Assembly (NCBI RefSeq): GCF_963921235.1
Contig: NC_086118.1
Coordinates: 24,182,001-24,246,000, forward strand
Source of the DNA: Mobula hypostoma
Taxonomy: Eukaryota
DNA: 64,000 bases
Reading direction: 5' to 3'
Below, one piece after another: positions 51,440 to 63,631 of this stretch (the first letter of the stretch is position 1; every line of letters begins with the position of its first letter). The notes under the pieces are model-generated. The model made no database searches. It saw only the letters and a program-made list of their open reading frames with translations, and had not been told where the DNA came from. A program made the translations under genes and the position numbers.

Positions 51440-51990
51440 CACTGCGATGCGGATCAAAGATGACCTGGAATTTACAGGATTCCCTGTGAATGCGGAGCAG
51501 CATATATCAGCCAGTCGGGACGCACGGTGGAAACCCGCATCAAGGAGGACAGGAGGCGTATAGGTTTGGGTTACCCAGAGAAATCAGTGGTAGCAGAACG
51601 TGGCATTCACAATGGCCATAGGATTGACTTTGACGGCACAAAACTACTGTGCCATGCCAATGGTTTTTGGGACCACCTGGTAAAAGAAGTCATTAAAATA
51701 AAACTAGATCAAAAGAGTTCTAACAAAGACAAAGGTCTCGCTCTCAGTAGGAACTGGAATTTGATTGTAAACAAGGTGGGAGAGTGGAAACTTGATTGGA
51801 TGAGGACTAACCAATCAGGAGGGACAGATTATAGAGGTTTAAATACCACTGGTTGAGACATGCCAGGCGTCATTCCTGAAGAAGATGGCAGAGTTTGTCA
51901 TCAAAATATCAGTTATATTCAATACCTGCACCCAGTTTGAAGCCCGAGAAGAGGTTATTAGTCATATATGCTGGAAAAGCATTAAATCCT
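51440..51990 (+). mobile_element. Second Penelope family: GIY-YIG fragment and hammerhead remnant
   Basis: Peptide IYRIPCECGAAYISQSGRTVETRIKE...KSVVAE...GHRIDFD. CTGAAGA plus a 7-bp stem at 51876-51902. Confidence 0.8.
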
Positions 51991-52839
51991 TTTACAAATT
52001 ATAACTTCTTATTGTATCAATTAATGTCACTCCTGTTTTTTTGTTCACAGATCTCAAGGTGCTGCTGTAGGTTATAACGGGCTAGGTAAATTCTAAACCC
52101 AGTGATAGGGATTCTGTGATTTATCAGCCACACATTGTGCCTTCAACTCTAGGCTATTGGGCTGAGGAATGGTATGATCATCGATTTGCTTAGAGTCCAC
52201 TTTGATAAATAGATTACAGGACGCCATGAGGAAAGTGCTTCAATAGCTGCTTGTTCGTTGTGGCTTCTGAGGTTTTACATGAATGACAGCACAAGTACAG
52301 ATCTGTACTCAATGGACACAACTAGAGCTACTTCTTACTAATCACACTACTCGCTATTTTTAAAGCACCAAGGAAGCAAATAATCGCTCTGAGAGAGTCT
52401 TCTGATGAGAAGGACCTGCACTATTGAGAAAAATAGTTTGTCAGAAACTATCTCAGCTGAGTCATAACTTAACTGAATGATTTGTTATTCCTAAACAACC
52501 GTCTTGATACTAGAGCTTGAGTTTTGTAAGTTTTGAGAAAACTAGAAGTAAACATTGATCTAATTTTTTATTTAGAGATACAGTAACAGGACTCCTTGGC
52601 AAATGAGCCATTGCTGCTTAATTACATCCATGTAACCAATTAACCTACTAATGCCTGTGCCTTTGGACAGTGGGTGAAAATGGGAGCCCCAAGGAGAAAC
52701 CCACACAGTCAGGGGGAACAGAATTGACTCTTGTGAGATTATACATATTCTCAAGGAAAGAGATAGCTACATAAAATAGTGTGGTACATATTTATCAAAA
52801 TAATTCTTCCCTCCTCCTACTGTTCAAAAACATTCCACA

Positions 52840-53165
52840 TTCAGAGGAGTGGGTTCTAACCCTGTCCTGGGTTCAACTCCCATTTCAAAAATCTGAACAC
52901 AAAACAACTTCGGTGGGCCCTCTTATGCAATATCGAAGTTACACTGAAGCCTCATCTGCTAACTGAATGTTCACACGGCATTATTTTGGAGGTGTTGTCC
53001 TCAGTGCACTACCCAATACTGTATTTACCCCTCAGGCAACATCCTGAAAGCAGATTATATATGGGTTATCTAGTCATGCTTATGTCGTTGATGTTGGAGG
53101 CTGCCCTGTTAAAATTGGTTGATGGATTTCTAACATTGCAATAATATCTACACTTCAATATTTGT
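52840..53165 (+). mobile_element. Ancient DeuSINE-like SINE
   Basis: B box GGTTCAACTCC and a TATTTACCCCTCA..CAGATTAT..AAATTGG..ACATTGCAA..TACACTTCAA pattern recalled for the Deu domain. Confidence 0.5.
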
Positions 53166-53507
53166 TATTGAGGTTTAATATTTTATCCACATGATCAGAG
53201 ATCCTTTTATCATCTGGAAAATTGAAGAGGTATAGTAGAGTTTTGCTCTGTACACAGTATGTTCCAAAACTGAGGAAGGACTTCCTTTGCTTGCTTCTCC
53301 GTCCTGTCTTTCAACCTTCAATTAGTCATCACCTTGTAATTAACAGGCTTTCCTTTGATCTCTTTTGTACATACTAATGTTTTGTTTGATTTGGTATCTC
53401 CCTTGCTTATCATTTAAAATGTTGCATTAATAGATTCTTAAAACATTGCAATTGTGTTCTCCAGTGACTCAATGCCCAAGCATTTCTAACTCAACACCCT
53501 TTGAAGT

Positions 53508-54608
53508 TAAAACAACCGGAATTCTGCAGATGCTGGAAATTCAGGCAACACACATCAAAGTTGCTGGTGAACACAGCAGGCCAGGCAGCATCTCTAGGAA
53601 GAGGTACAGTCGACGTTTCAGGCCGAGACCCTTCATCAGGACTAACTGAAGGAAGGGTTAGTAAGAGATTTGAAAATGGGAGGGGGAGGGGGAGATCCAA
53701 AATGATAGGAGAAGACAGGAGGGGGAGGGATGGAGCCGAGAGCTGGACAGGTGATTGGCAAAAGGGATACGAGAGGATCATGGGACAGGAGGTCCGGGGA
53801 GAAAGACAAGGGGAGGGGACCCAGAGGATGGGCAAGGGGTATATTAGAGGGACAGAGGGAGAAAAAGGAGAGTGAGAGAAAGAATGTGTGTATAAAAATA
53901 AATAACGGATGGGGTACGAGAGGGAGGTGGGGCATTAGCGGAAGTTAGAGAAGTCGATGTTCATGCCATCAGGTTGGAGGCTACCCAGACGGAATATAAG
54001 GTGTTCTTCCTCCAACCTGAGTGTGGCTTCATCTTTACAGTAGAGGAGGCCGTGGATAGACATGTCAGAATGGGAATGGGATGTGGAATTAAAATGTGTG
54101 GCCACTGGGAGATCCTGCTTTCTCTGGCGAACAGAGTGTAGGTGTTCAGCAAAGCGGTCTCCCAGTCTGCGTCAGGTCTCGCCAATATATAGAAGGTCAC
54201 ATCGGGAGCACCGGACGCAGTATATCACCCCAGCCGACTCACAGGTGAAGTGATGCCTCACCTGGAAGGACTGTCTGGGGCCCTGAATGGTGGTAAGGGA
54301 GGAACTGTAAGGGCATGTGTAGCACTTGTTCCGCTTACAAGGATAAGTGCCAGGAGGGAGATCAGCGGGGAGGGATGGGGGGGACGAATGGACGAGGGAG
54401 TCGCGTAGGGAGTGATCCTTGCGGAAAGCAGAGAGAGTGGGGGAGGGAAAGATGTGCTTAGTGGTGGGATCCCGTTGGAGGTGGAGGAAGTTATGGAGAA
54501 TAATATGTTGGACCCGGAGGCTGGTAGGGTGGTAGGTGAGGACCAGGGGAACCCTATTCCTAGTTGGGTGACGGGAGGATGGAGTGAGAGCAGATGTACG
54601 TGAAATGG
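53508..54608 (-). mobile_element. Penelope-like element 3' portion, young
   Basis: Close reverse complement of 61850-62935. GIY-YIG coding segment. Intact hammerhead core. Confidence 0.9.
53608..53643 (-). ncRNA. Minimal type I hammerhead ribozyme motif
   Basis: AGTC-CTGATGA-AGGG-TCTCGG-CCT-GAAAC-GTC-GACT. Confidence 0.75.
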
Positions 54609-55559
54609 GGCAAGGAGTTTGTACATTTTTCCCATGCGCGCGTGGGTTTCCTCCAGGTGCTCCGGTTTCCTCCTACAGTCCAAAGGTGTATCGGGTGGAA
54701 GGTTAATTGGTCATTGTCTAATATAGCTCTGTGCTTGGTAAACAGTTTACTGCAATAAATATGACAGATCTTCACTGGAAACTCAGAATCAAAGACTCCT
54801 ATAGTCTGAATCGCATTGGAAACAGATGATAGTATGTTGTTTCTTGGTTGAAAACATTTTTCCACTGGGTGGGCTAGAGAATCCTTATTACTTTATGGGC
54901 AGACAAAAGATTTCCTGCTTCTGATCTTTCCAAATGAAACCATAAGGCTTCAGAACAAGGAACTGTTCTAACTCTGTTTTTCAGTTGCAGACTCGTTCAA
55001 GCATTGGACTTTTCTCTTGAGATATTCCGTCCACCCTAGTTTTCTTATGCTCATGGTGCTGGAGTGCAGGTACGTGGTTGCCAGCCATTCACCAGTATCT
55101 TTCCTGGGTGGTTAGTGCATTAGTGTTCATCTAGATAGAGGGCTTTTATTTCCTAAGAATTTTTTTGGGGTGCATCTCAGAGCATGTGACATTGCTCTTG
55201 ATTTTTGCCACTTGATTTAGTGTTGACTTCAAAATGTTTCTATTTCCTAATGTCCTTTACCTTCTTACAAACGTAAAGAATAACAAGTCACTTCAGCCTG
55301 CACTGAGTCAATTTCATAAATTTTAATACGCATTTCTCTATAAAAGAACAAACTGAAAAATTGCTGGAGTCTTTAACCATCAGCCACAGGAAATGGAATT
55401 TACGCAGATGAAGGTACATTTCATGGGTGTCGCAAGTGCTAATTGTAAGATCATAGGGACAGAACGAGAATATTCAGTCCATTGATTCAGCTCTGCCATT
55501 CCATTATAGCTTATTTATTATCACTTTTAAGCCCAGTCTCCTGGCTTCTCCATTGATGT

Positions 55560-56407
55560 TGTTACGAGAATACACATAAAATTAAGATGTTTGCTGGCCT
55601 GGGCTAGCATCAGTGGCATCAGCAGTTGGTCTGCCACCTGCCCTCAGGGGAAGGAGAGATAAGGAACAATGGAGCAGCGTCTGGAGATGTGTAATGAAGG
55701 GACGTGGGAGAGAGAGAGCTGTCTGGAGCGGCTCCCCCCCTTTGAACCCTGAACTGTTTGAAGTGATGGACAGGCGATACCCCAGCAGGGGGATAAAAAG
55801 GGACAGGTTCGCTAAGACAGACACACGCCACCCGAGGTAACGAGACCCTGGAAGCGGTGCGCCTCTCACGAGTGGGTGAGAAGTACCAGACAACGACCAG
55901 GGTGGAAAGGTACGATCAGCGGGAACCCGGTGTGTGTCCGCCCTTGCCTGGGTGCCGGGTTCACTGCAGAGGATCGACCGCATCTGGAGGAGGGGTCACA
56001 GTCGGTGACCTCAGGTGACATCACCAAGGACCCGCCCAAAAAGTTACTTGTGAGCAATCTCGCCGGTCTGTGAGTGAAGCAGTGTTCTGAATGATCAGTT
56101 ATTCCTGTTCTATCTCTCTCTTCCCCCCACGTTGTCCATCGCCATGGCAACGATTACTGCAAACTGAACTTTGAGTCACTTTGAAATTTGGTCATTTACC
56201 CCTAGACAACGATAGAGCTTGATTGATGCTGTTATCTTAATTCTGTGCACATGTGTGTTTATCATCGCTGAACTGTTGCATTTATTATCCTTTCGATTAC
56301 TGTGTTGCTTGTTTCTTTAATAAAACTTTCTTAGTTCTAGTACTCCAGACTCCAACTAAGTGATCCATTTCTGCTGATTTGGCAACCCAGTTACGGGGTA
56401 CGTAACA
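55560..56407 (+). mobile_element. Solo LTR, 848 bp
   Basis: Inverted termini TGTTACG...CGTAACA. Perfect 4-bp TSD ATGT (55556-55559 and 56408-56411). AATAAA near 56320. No adjacent PBS or internal region. Confidence 0.88.
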
Positions 56408-56422
56408 ATGTTCATTGATAGC

Positions 56423-56710
56423 AGGCGGCAGTATAGTGTGGTGGTTCGCACAATGCTTTACAGTTCCAGTGACCTGGGTTCGATTCCCGCTGCTTCTGGC
56501 AAGGAGTTTGTACATTTTTCCCATGAGCGCGTGGGTTTCCTCCAGGTGCTCCGGTTTCCTCCTACAGTCCAAAGGTGCATCGGGTGGAAGGTTAATTGGT
56601 CATTGTAAATTGTCTCGTGATTACGCTAGGACTAATTCTGGGGTTTGCTGGGCAGCACAGCTAGAAGGGCCGAAAGGGCCTTTTCCACATTGCATGCCAA
56701 TAAATAAATA
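56423..56710 (+). mobile_element. V-SINE/HE1-like tRNA SINE
   Basis: A box, B box GGTTCGATTCCC, core GCGTGGGTTTCCTCCAGGTGCTCCGGTTTCCTCC, (AATA)n tail. Confidence 0.85.
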
Positions 56711-56711
56711 A

Positions 56712-57200
56712 CCAATGATGGCCCCCACAGCCATCTGTGGCAGTGAGTTCCACAGATTCACTATCCTCTAGCTAAAGAACTTACACCTCATCTCTGTTCC
56801 AAAGAGAAGTCCTTTCACTCTGAGGTTGTGCCTTCTGGTCCTAGACACCCCTTCCTCCCTGTAGGAAACATCCTCTTCACATTCACTCTATCTACACCTT
56901 TCAATCTTTGACATGTTTCAATGAGATACCAATGCATTCTTTTAAACTCCAGTGAGTACAGGCCAGAGCCATCGAACACTCCTCAGATGTTAACCTTTGC
57001 ATTCTTGGGATCATTCTTGTGAACATCCTCTGGACCCCTTCAATGCCAGCACATCCTTTCATAGATAAGGGGCGCCCAAAACTGCTCATAATACTCCACG
57101 TGCAGTCTGACAAATGCCTTATAAATCCTCAGCATCAAAGCCTTGCTTTTCTGTTCCCGTCTTCTCGAAATGAATGCCAACATTTCATTTGTCTTCCTGA
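56712..57200 (-). mobile_element. CR1 fragment
   Basis: Peptide LRIYKAFVRLHVEYYEQFWAP. Confidence 0.75.
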
Positions 57201-57859
57201 GAGGACTGGAGATTGAATTCTTGGATATATTCAAGACTGGAATAAACAGTAGTTTATTGGGAATCAAACATTTCAGTGAACAGGCAAGGAAGTGGAACTG
57301 AGGCCAAGATTAACCTGGGTGTAGTTTTATTCAATGGCGAAGCAGGCTCAAGGGGCCATTTAGCCAAATCCGGTTCATATTTTTTTTAAAGTTCTTACAA
57401 TCTCATGACAGAACTAATACAGTTTTGTATAAAACTTTCTGAGCTAACTTAAAACCCTAGAAGAAAAAGTTGACTGTCTTAACATGGTTCACAAGGACAG
57501 TACAGTGACACACCTGGTGAATCTCCTTCCTCATAGCTCCCGCATCAACGGTTTGGTCGCAACCTCTGCTGCTATCAGTGCCAGGAGATAACATGTCCCC
57601 CCTTATGGATTTCCTCCAGCTATTCCAGTTTCCTACAAGATCTCAAAAATGTGTGGGTTAGTAAGTTAAATGGCTACTGTAAATTGCCCTTTGTGTTTAG
57701 CTGAGTGATTGAATCTGGTGGAGTTAATCTTGGGAGGAATTGATTATAATGGTAGGAGTTCATGAGTTACATTAGGATAGGTGTAAAAGTGGGTGCTCGA
57801 TGGCTAACTTTGACTTGATGGGCTAAAATCCCTGTTTCCATGCTATATATATATGTCCA

Positions 57860-58335
57860 AGACCGGACAAGCTACAGAAGGTTGTGAACACGGCGCAGTA
57901 CATCACACAAACTAATCTTCCATCCTTGGACTCACTTTACACCGCACGCAGTCTAAGCAGTGCTGCCAGGATAATCAAGGACACCACCCACCCAGCCAAC
58001 ACACTTTTCGTCCCTCTTCCCTCCGGGAGAAGGCTCAGGAGCTTGAAGACTCATATGGCCAGATTTGGAAACAGCTTCTTTCTAGCTGTGATAAGACTGC
58101 TGAACGGATCCTGATCCAGATCTGGGCCGTACCCTCCAAATATCCGGACCTCCCTCTCGGTTTTTTTGCACTACCTTACTTTCCATTTTTCTACTTTCTA
58201 TTTATGATTTATAATTTAAATTTTTAATATTTACTATCAATTTGTAATCCAGGGAGCGGGAAGCGCAGAATCAAACATCGCTGTGATGATTTACGTTCTA
58301 GTATCAATTGATTGGCAACAATAAAGTATAAAGTA
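57860..58335 (+). mobile_element. Rex1/Babar 3' end
   Basis: Peptide IIKDTTHPANTLFVPLPSGRRLRS...NSFF..IRLLN and an (AAGTATA)n tail. Confidence 0.8.
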
Positions 58336-61300
58336 TATATGGTGAAAGTATATATCTCTTTATGATTTTATGATGCTCGGGATCAATTGAAACTCCGTGA
58401 TATTACTCTTCAAAGCCTTTAATATCAGTATTCAGCTCTATGTACAGACAAAACGACATGACTGAAAAATGAAATTGTGTTTTTTTTTGAAACATGCCAA
58501 ATTTACAATATTTTATTTCAGATTTTATTGCAGAAGCAAAGAAATCCTTCAGCCTCAAGCATTAGTTGCAGATGCCTGCTTCCGATCTTTTTGTTATTTC
58601 TTTGTGGAGGTCTGTCATTTTGGGCAGTTAACATGTTTGTCTGTGGCATACATGTACTATTCTGCACAGAAGAGTTACTGTCGTAGTCGCAGTCTCTGCT
58701 CAGAAGTTCCGGCCAATTTTTGGCCGGTTCATTGCGATGCAGTCTACTGAAGAGTGTATACTGCATGTGTTCTGATAGGGAAGGTGTGTCTCAGCTGTCT
58801 GTTACATTTATGTCGTTTGAGTAGACTTCCTTCCACATAATTGTCTACATATGAAGCATTACACCCCATTGATACTCCTACAATACAAAACCAAATAGTC
58901 TCACGTAATGTCTTTGGATTATAATACATTGATTTATATTTATTTCAGTAAATAAATGTCATGCAGTGGGATATCACAAAATATAGATGCCTTGCAAGAG
59001 AATGGACATTTTCTATTCTACAGTTACAGAACTTTTTTTTTCCAGGCATCTTGTGTGCTGCATGTATCAGGCATATCGTACAGCAATGTTTGTTTTCTAA
59101 TTATTCAAGGTGGACCTCTCCCTATCACTCTTTGCAGTGTTTCCTTTACTGAGTGCCTTCAGGCTTCCACCATCTGTGGAATCATAGTCCAGTTTAAGGC
59201 ACTGCTTTCAACTGAAAACTAAACCAAAAGGTGAGGAAGGAGTTTAGGGATTTTCCACATTTAAAGATAATTTGACTTCAGCGTTGAACAAAAGTTTAAA
59301 TTGAGAGACAGAGGCTGAGAGAAACAAATTTTTGAGTGACGTTTTGCAAGCTTCTGGAACGACCAGCAGAAGGTAGATATTATGTCATTGGGAGTTAGAG
59401 AGTGGGAATATGGTTGCAGTGGTTGGAAATTCTGCAAATACACTTGATGTGGAGCTCCTATTTAATTTTAATGGCAGTACCTTGATTTTTCCCTCCATTC
59501 TTTGATTAGCTGCCATCCTGAATAGGAGTTGTGAGACTTGTGCTGTTGGACCACATCTGGGAAGCAGGGAAGCAGCAGGAGAAGATTATGGATGAACTAG
59601 AAAAAAGTCTATCATGAGACATGGTAAAATGGAAGTTCATGGATTACTCTAATGGTTGGGGGCACAGTTTGGATTGTAGAAAGGTTTGGGACTGAAGCCA
59701 ATGCTAGGATGGAAACAGGTTTACTCAAGGGATTGAAAGAAAGCATTACCACACATCCTGACCTTCAAATTATGATGCAAAGGTACTTAACTGTTGCATT
59801 TAGCTCCGACCTCCACACTGAGTTTCCTGAGCTCATGAAGCTCCTCAAACTTGTCCTGGAGTCATTAGCTTCGGAGTTAAGTAAAATTCATATGTACAAT
59901 GTACGATATGTAAAATTCATACCATGGCTCTCGACTGCGACTTCTTTGAGCTCATCTGCAGGAACAGCTTAATTTCTATCATTTTTCCTTTTCAAGGTGG
60001 ATGGGGTTCTGTTGAAGATCCTGACCTAGACTTACATTCAAACTTTCGTTCATTGTGTTGATGGAACCCACATCTGGGGCTCACGGATCGGCTGCTTTTC
60101 GATATCGCAGGTACGCGGTCTAGAAGACGAGCGCGCCTTCAGGGTTCTGAAGCTCTGCGACCCTGTGCACAAGCTGATTCTATGCTGGTGCCAACAACTG
60201 AAGCATCGCGGGAGAAAATGGAACATGGGGAAAAGTGGATCAGCTGTCGGGGGCTCTGTACTCGGATCGCACTCTCTTTATCTCATTGGTGGGGGAGAGT
60301 TTGCTGAACTCGGAAAAAAAGCCAGCAATTTGTCTCTGTTGGTCTCCTCACTCGCTGTAAGAGGGTGACACCTCTCTGAGCCTTTATTAGGGAGAGAGAG
60401 AGAGCCTGTGGTATGTTGAATTGTCCGGAGATTGATTAGTTTCTGTTGCACTGCTGATCATGGTCTATCTTGGGGTCTTTGCTAATGCTTGTTTGGTGGG
60501 TGGATGGTGCTGATGCTTTATTTGCTGGGTTGATACTTGTGCATGGGAGGCAGGAGTGGGGGACTTTGAGGTTCTAAAGTTTTTACAGTCACTCATTCAT
60601 TGAGGAACTCTCCTGTTTCTGTGGGTGTCTGTGAAGAACAAGATACATTCTCTGATTTTAAGTGGAACTATTGAACATTACTGTATAATACTTCACAGGT
60701 GCTGCACCACTGCAAAACAGTGAGGATTACATTTTGCTCATTTGTACTTTATGTGAGACAAAATTATTATTTTTTAAATTACTGTATCTGTGCTAAATAT
60801 ATGAAACTCTGTACTTACAGCAGTCAATGGACTGGGAGTTCTCACACAACACAATGACACACAGCTGATAGAGCTGCTGCCTCACACCTCCAGGAACCTG
60901 GGTTCAACCCTGACCTCTGGTGCTGTCCGCGTGAAGTTTGCATGTTCGCACTGTGACCGCCAGTGGTTTCGTCCAGTGGCTCAGGTTGCCCACCAGACCC
61001 AGCCTTCACATTCCAAATATGTGCATGCTATAGATTTATGGCCACCATCAGTGTAGGGCTGTGATAGAATCTGTGGGGAATTGTTAGAGATGTGAGGAAC
61101 ATAAAATCGGCTTTGGTATTGGATTAGTGGCAATAAGTGCTTGATGACTAACACAGACCTAATTGACTGAAGACTCTGTTACCTTGTAATGTGACTCTAT
61201 TTATATATACATGTTGGGGGTTCATAGAGGGATTTAGATAGGGTCAATGTGTATAGTCCATTTTCCAGGATTGGCGAGAGGAGGATAGATTTAATAGGAG

Positions 61301-61531
61301 GTTCAGGGGCGACATTTTACCCCAGAGGGTGATCAGAATGAGCTGCCACAGGAAGTGGTTGAGAAAGGTATATGAGCTAATCACAGGTGAACAGCTTAGA
61401 TGGGAACCTTGGTTGGCCTGGAGCAATTGGACTTGAAGGGCTTATTTCTGTGCTATATGATTCTACGAGCAACACACATCAAAGTTGCTGGTGAACGCAG
61501 CAGGCCAGGCAGCATCTCTAGGAAGAAGTAC

Positions 61532-61567
61532 AGTCGACGTTTCAGGCCGAGACCCTTCGTCAGGACT
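61532..61567 (-). ncRNA. Minimal type I hammerhead ribozyme motif
   Basis: AGTC-CTGACGA-AGGG-TCTCGG-CCT-GAAAC-GTC-GACT on the minus strand. Confidence 0.75.
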
Positions 61568-62807
61568 AACTGAAGAAAGAGTGAGTAAGGGATTTGAAAG
61601 TTGGAGGGGGAGGGGGAGATCCAAAATGGTAGGAGAAGACAGGAGGGGGAGGGATGGAGCCAAGAGCTGGACAGGTGATTGGCAAAAGGGGTATGAGAGG
61701 ATCATGGGACAGGAGGCCCAGGGAGAAGGAAAAGGGGGAGGGGGGGGAAAGTCCAGAGGATAGGCAAGGGGTATAGTCAGAGGGACAAAGGGAGAAAAAG
61801 GGGCTTCCCTTCCTCCACCATCAACTCTGCTCTCAAACGCATCTCCCCCATTTCACGCACATCTGATCTCACTCCATCCTCCCGCCACCCCACTAGGAAT
61901 AGGGTTCCCCTGGTCCTCACCTACCACCCCACCAGCCTTCGGGTCCAACATATTATTCTCCATAACTTCCGCCACCTCCAACGGGATCCCACCACTAAGC
62001 ACATCTTTCCCTCCCCCCCCCACTTTCCGCAAGGATCGCTCCCTACGTGAGTCCCTTGTCCATTCGTCCCCCCCATCCCTCTCCACTGATCTCCCTCCTG
62101 GCACTTATCCTTGTAAGCAGAACAAGTGCTACACATGCCCTTACACTTCCTCCCTTACCACCATTCAGGACACCAGACAGTCCTTCCAGGTGAGGCGACA
62201 CTTCACCTGTGAGTCGGCTGGGATTATATACTGCGTCCGGTGCTCCCGATGTGGCCTTCTATATATTGGCAAGACCTGATGCAGACCGGGAGATCGCTTT
62301 GCTGAACACCTATGCTCTGTCCGCCAGAGAAAGCAGGATCTCCCAGTGGCCACACATTTTAATTCCACATCCCATTCCCATTCTGACATGTCTATCCACG
62401 GCCTCCTCTACTGTAAAGATGAAGCCACACTCAGGTTAGAGGAACAACACCTTATATTCTATCTGGGTAGCCTCCAACCTGATGGCATGAACATTGACTT
62501 CTCTAACTTCCGCTAATGGCCCACCTCCCCCTCGTACTCCATCCATTATTTATATACACACATTCTTTCTCTCTCTCTCCTTTTTCTCCCTCTGTCCCTC
62601 TGACTATACCCCTTGCCCATCCTCTGGGCTTCCCCCCCCCCTTTTCCTTCTCCCTGGGCATCCTGTCCCATGATCCTCTCATACCCCTTTTGCCAATCAA
62701 CTGTCCAGCTGTTGGCTCCATCCCTCCCCCTCCTGTCTTCTCCTGTCATTTTGGATCTCCCCCTCCCTCTCCCACTTTTAAATCTCTTACTAGCTCTTTC
62801 TTCAGTT

Positions 62808-62843
62808 AGTCCTGACGAAGGGTCTCGGCCCGAAACGTCGACT
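62808..62843 (+). ncRNA. Minimal type I hammerhead ribozyme motif
   Basis: AGTC-CTGACGA-AGGG-TCTCGG-CCC-GAAAC-GTC-GACT. Confidence 0.78.
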
Positions 62844-63631
62844 GTACCTCTTCCTAGAGATGCTGCCTGGCCTGCTGCGTTCACCAGCAACTTTGATCTG
62901 TGTTGCCTGAATTTCCAGCATCTGCAGAATTCCTTGTGTTTGATTCTACGAGTCTGACTTTATGACATGCATTTAAATTACTGCAGACTGGACTCTTACT
63001 ACCTTCTAAAGGATGTGGGGAAATGGAATGGCGTGCAAGGCATTGTGTGCCTAAATGCTGCAAATTCCAAATTCCATGCTTCACCACATTTTAGAAGCAA
63101 GTGATAAGCACAGACTTACTTGCATGCTCCTCCTTCATGGTGAGTGCTCTTAAAGTGATTGGGAATCATCACTTCATATTAGGCCTGAATTATAATCTCT
63201 AAACCAGGGACAGGAGTCACCAATGGGGCAAACTTCAAGCAATGCAGAAACAAGGTAGTGTTTGGGACCTCCCCTCCTCTTGAGCCCAGGGAAACCCAAT
63301 CCATTGGTGAGGATTCAATGGATAGCTTCAGTTGTAGACCCCTGCCCATTTCTCTAATAAGAATGGCTTTAGCAGGTTCAAGAGGCTCTTTATTCTCTTG
63401 CAAAGCCCTGCTCGAAGAGACTTTCAGCTCTATGAATGCTCTAATGTTTCAGCAGTTGCGTTTTGTAAGTATTTTATCAGTTTCAGATAATCAGCAATTT
63501 AAACTTATATATCTCACATTCCCAGGATCTGAAGTTCTTTTACCCTCCAAATCCCTCTGTTGGAAATTAAAGAATAAAGAAAATTAACATTCATTCTCTT
63601 CTAACTGGATATTCCATTGATCTAATGTCTT

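Larger units (their letters stand above)
61470..62940 (+). mobile_element. Penelope-like element with an inverted 5' copy of its terminal repeat and a 12-bp TSD
   Basis: 61470-61802 is the reverse complement of ~62577-62905. GIY-YIG at ~62200-62500. TGATTCTACGAG at 61458-61469 and 62941-62952. Confidence 0.92.

Noticed and set aside
52390..52420. CTGATGA here and at ~2390 as hammerheads or C/D boxes
   Set aside because: No stem II plus GAAA follows, and no supporting snoRNA structure.
53446..56150. Many 60-140 aa ORFs in the Penelope, SINE and LTR sequences
   Set aside because: Low-complexity or antisense frames of repeats, not host genes.
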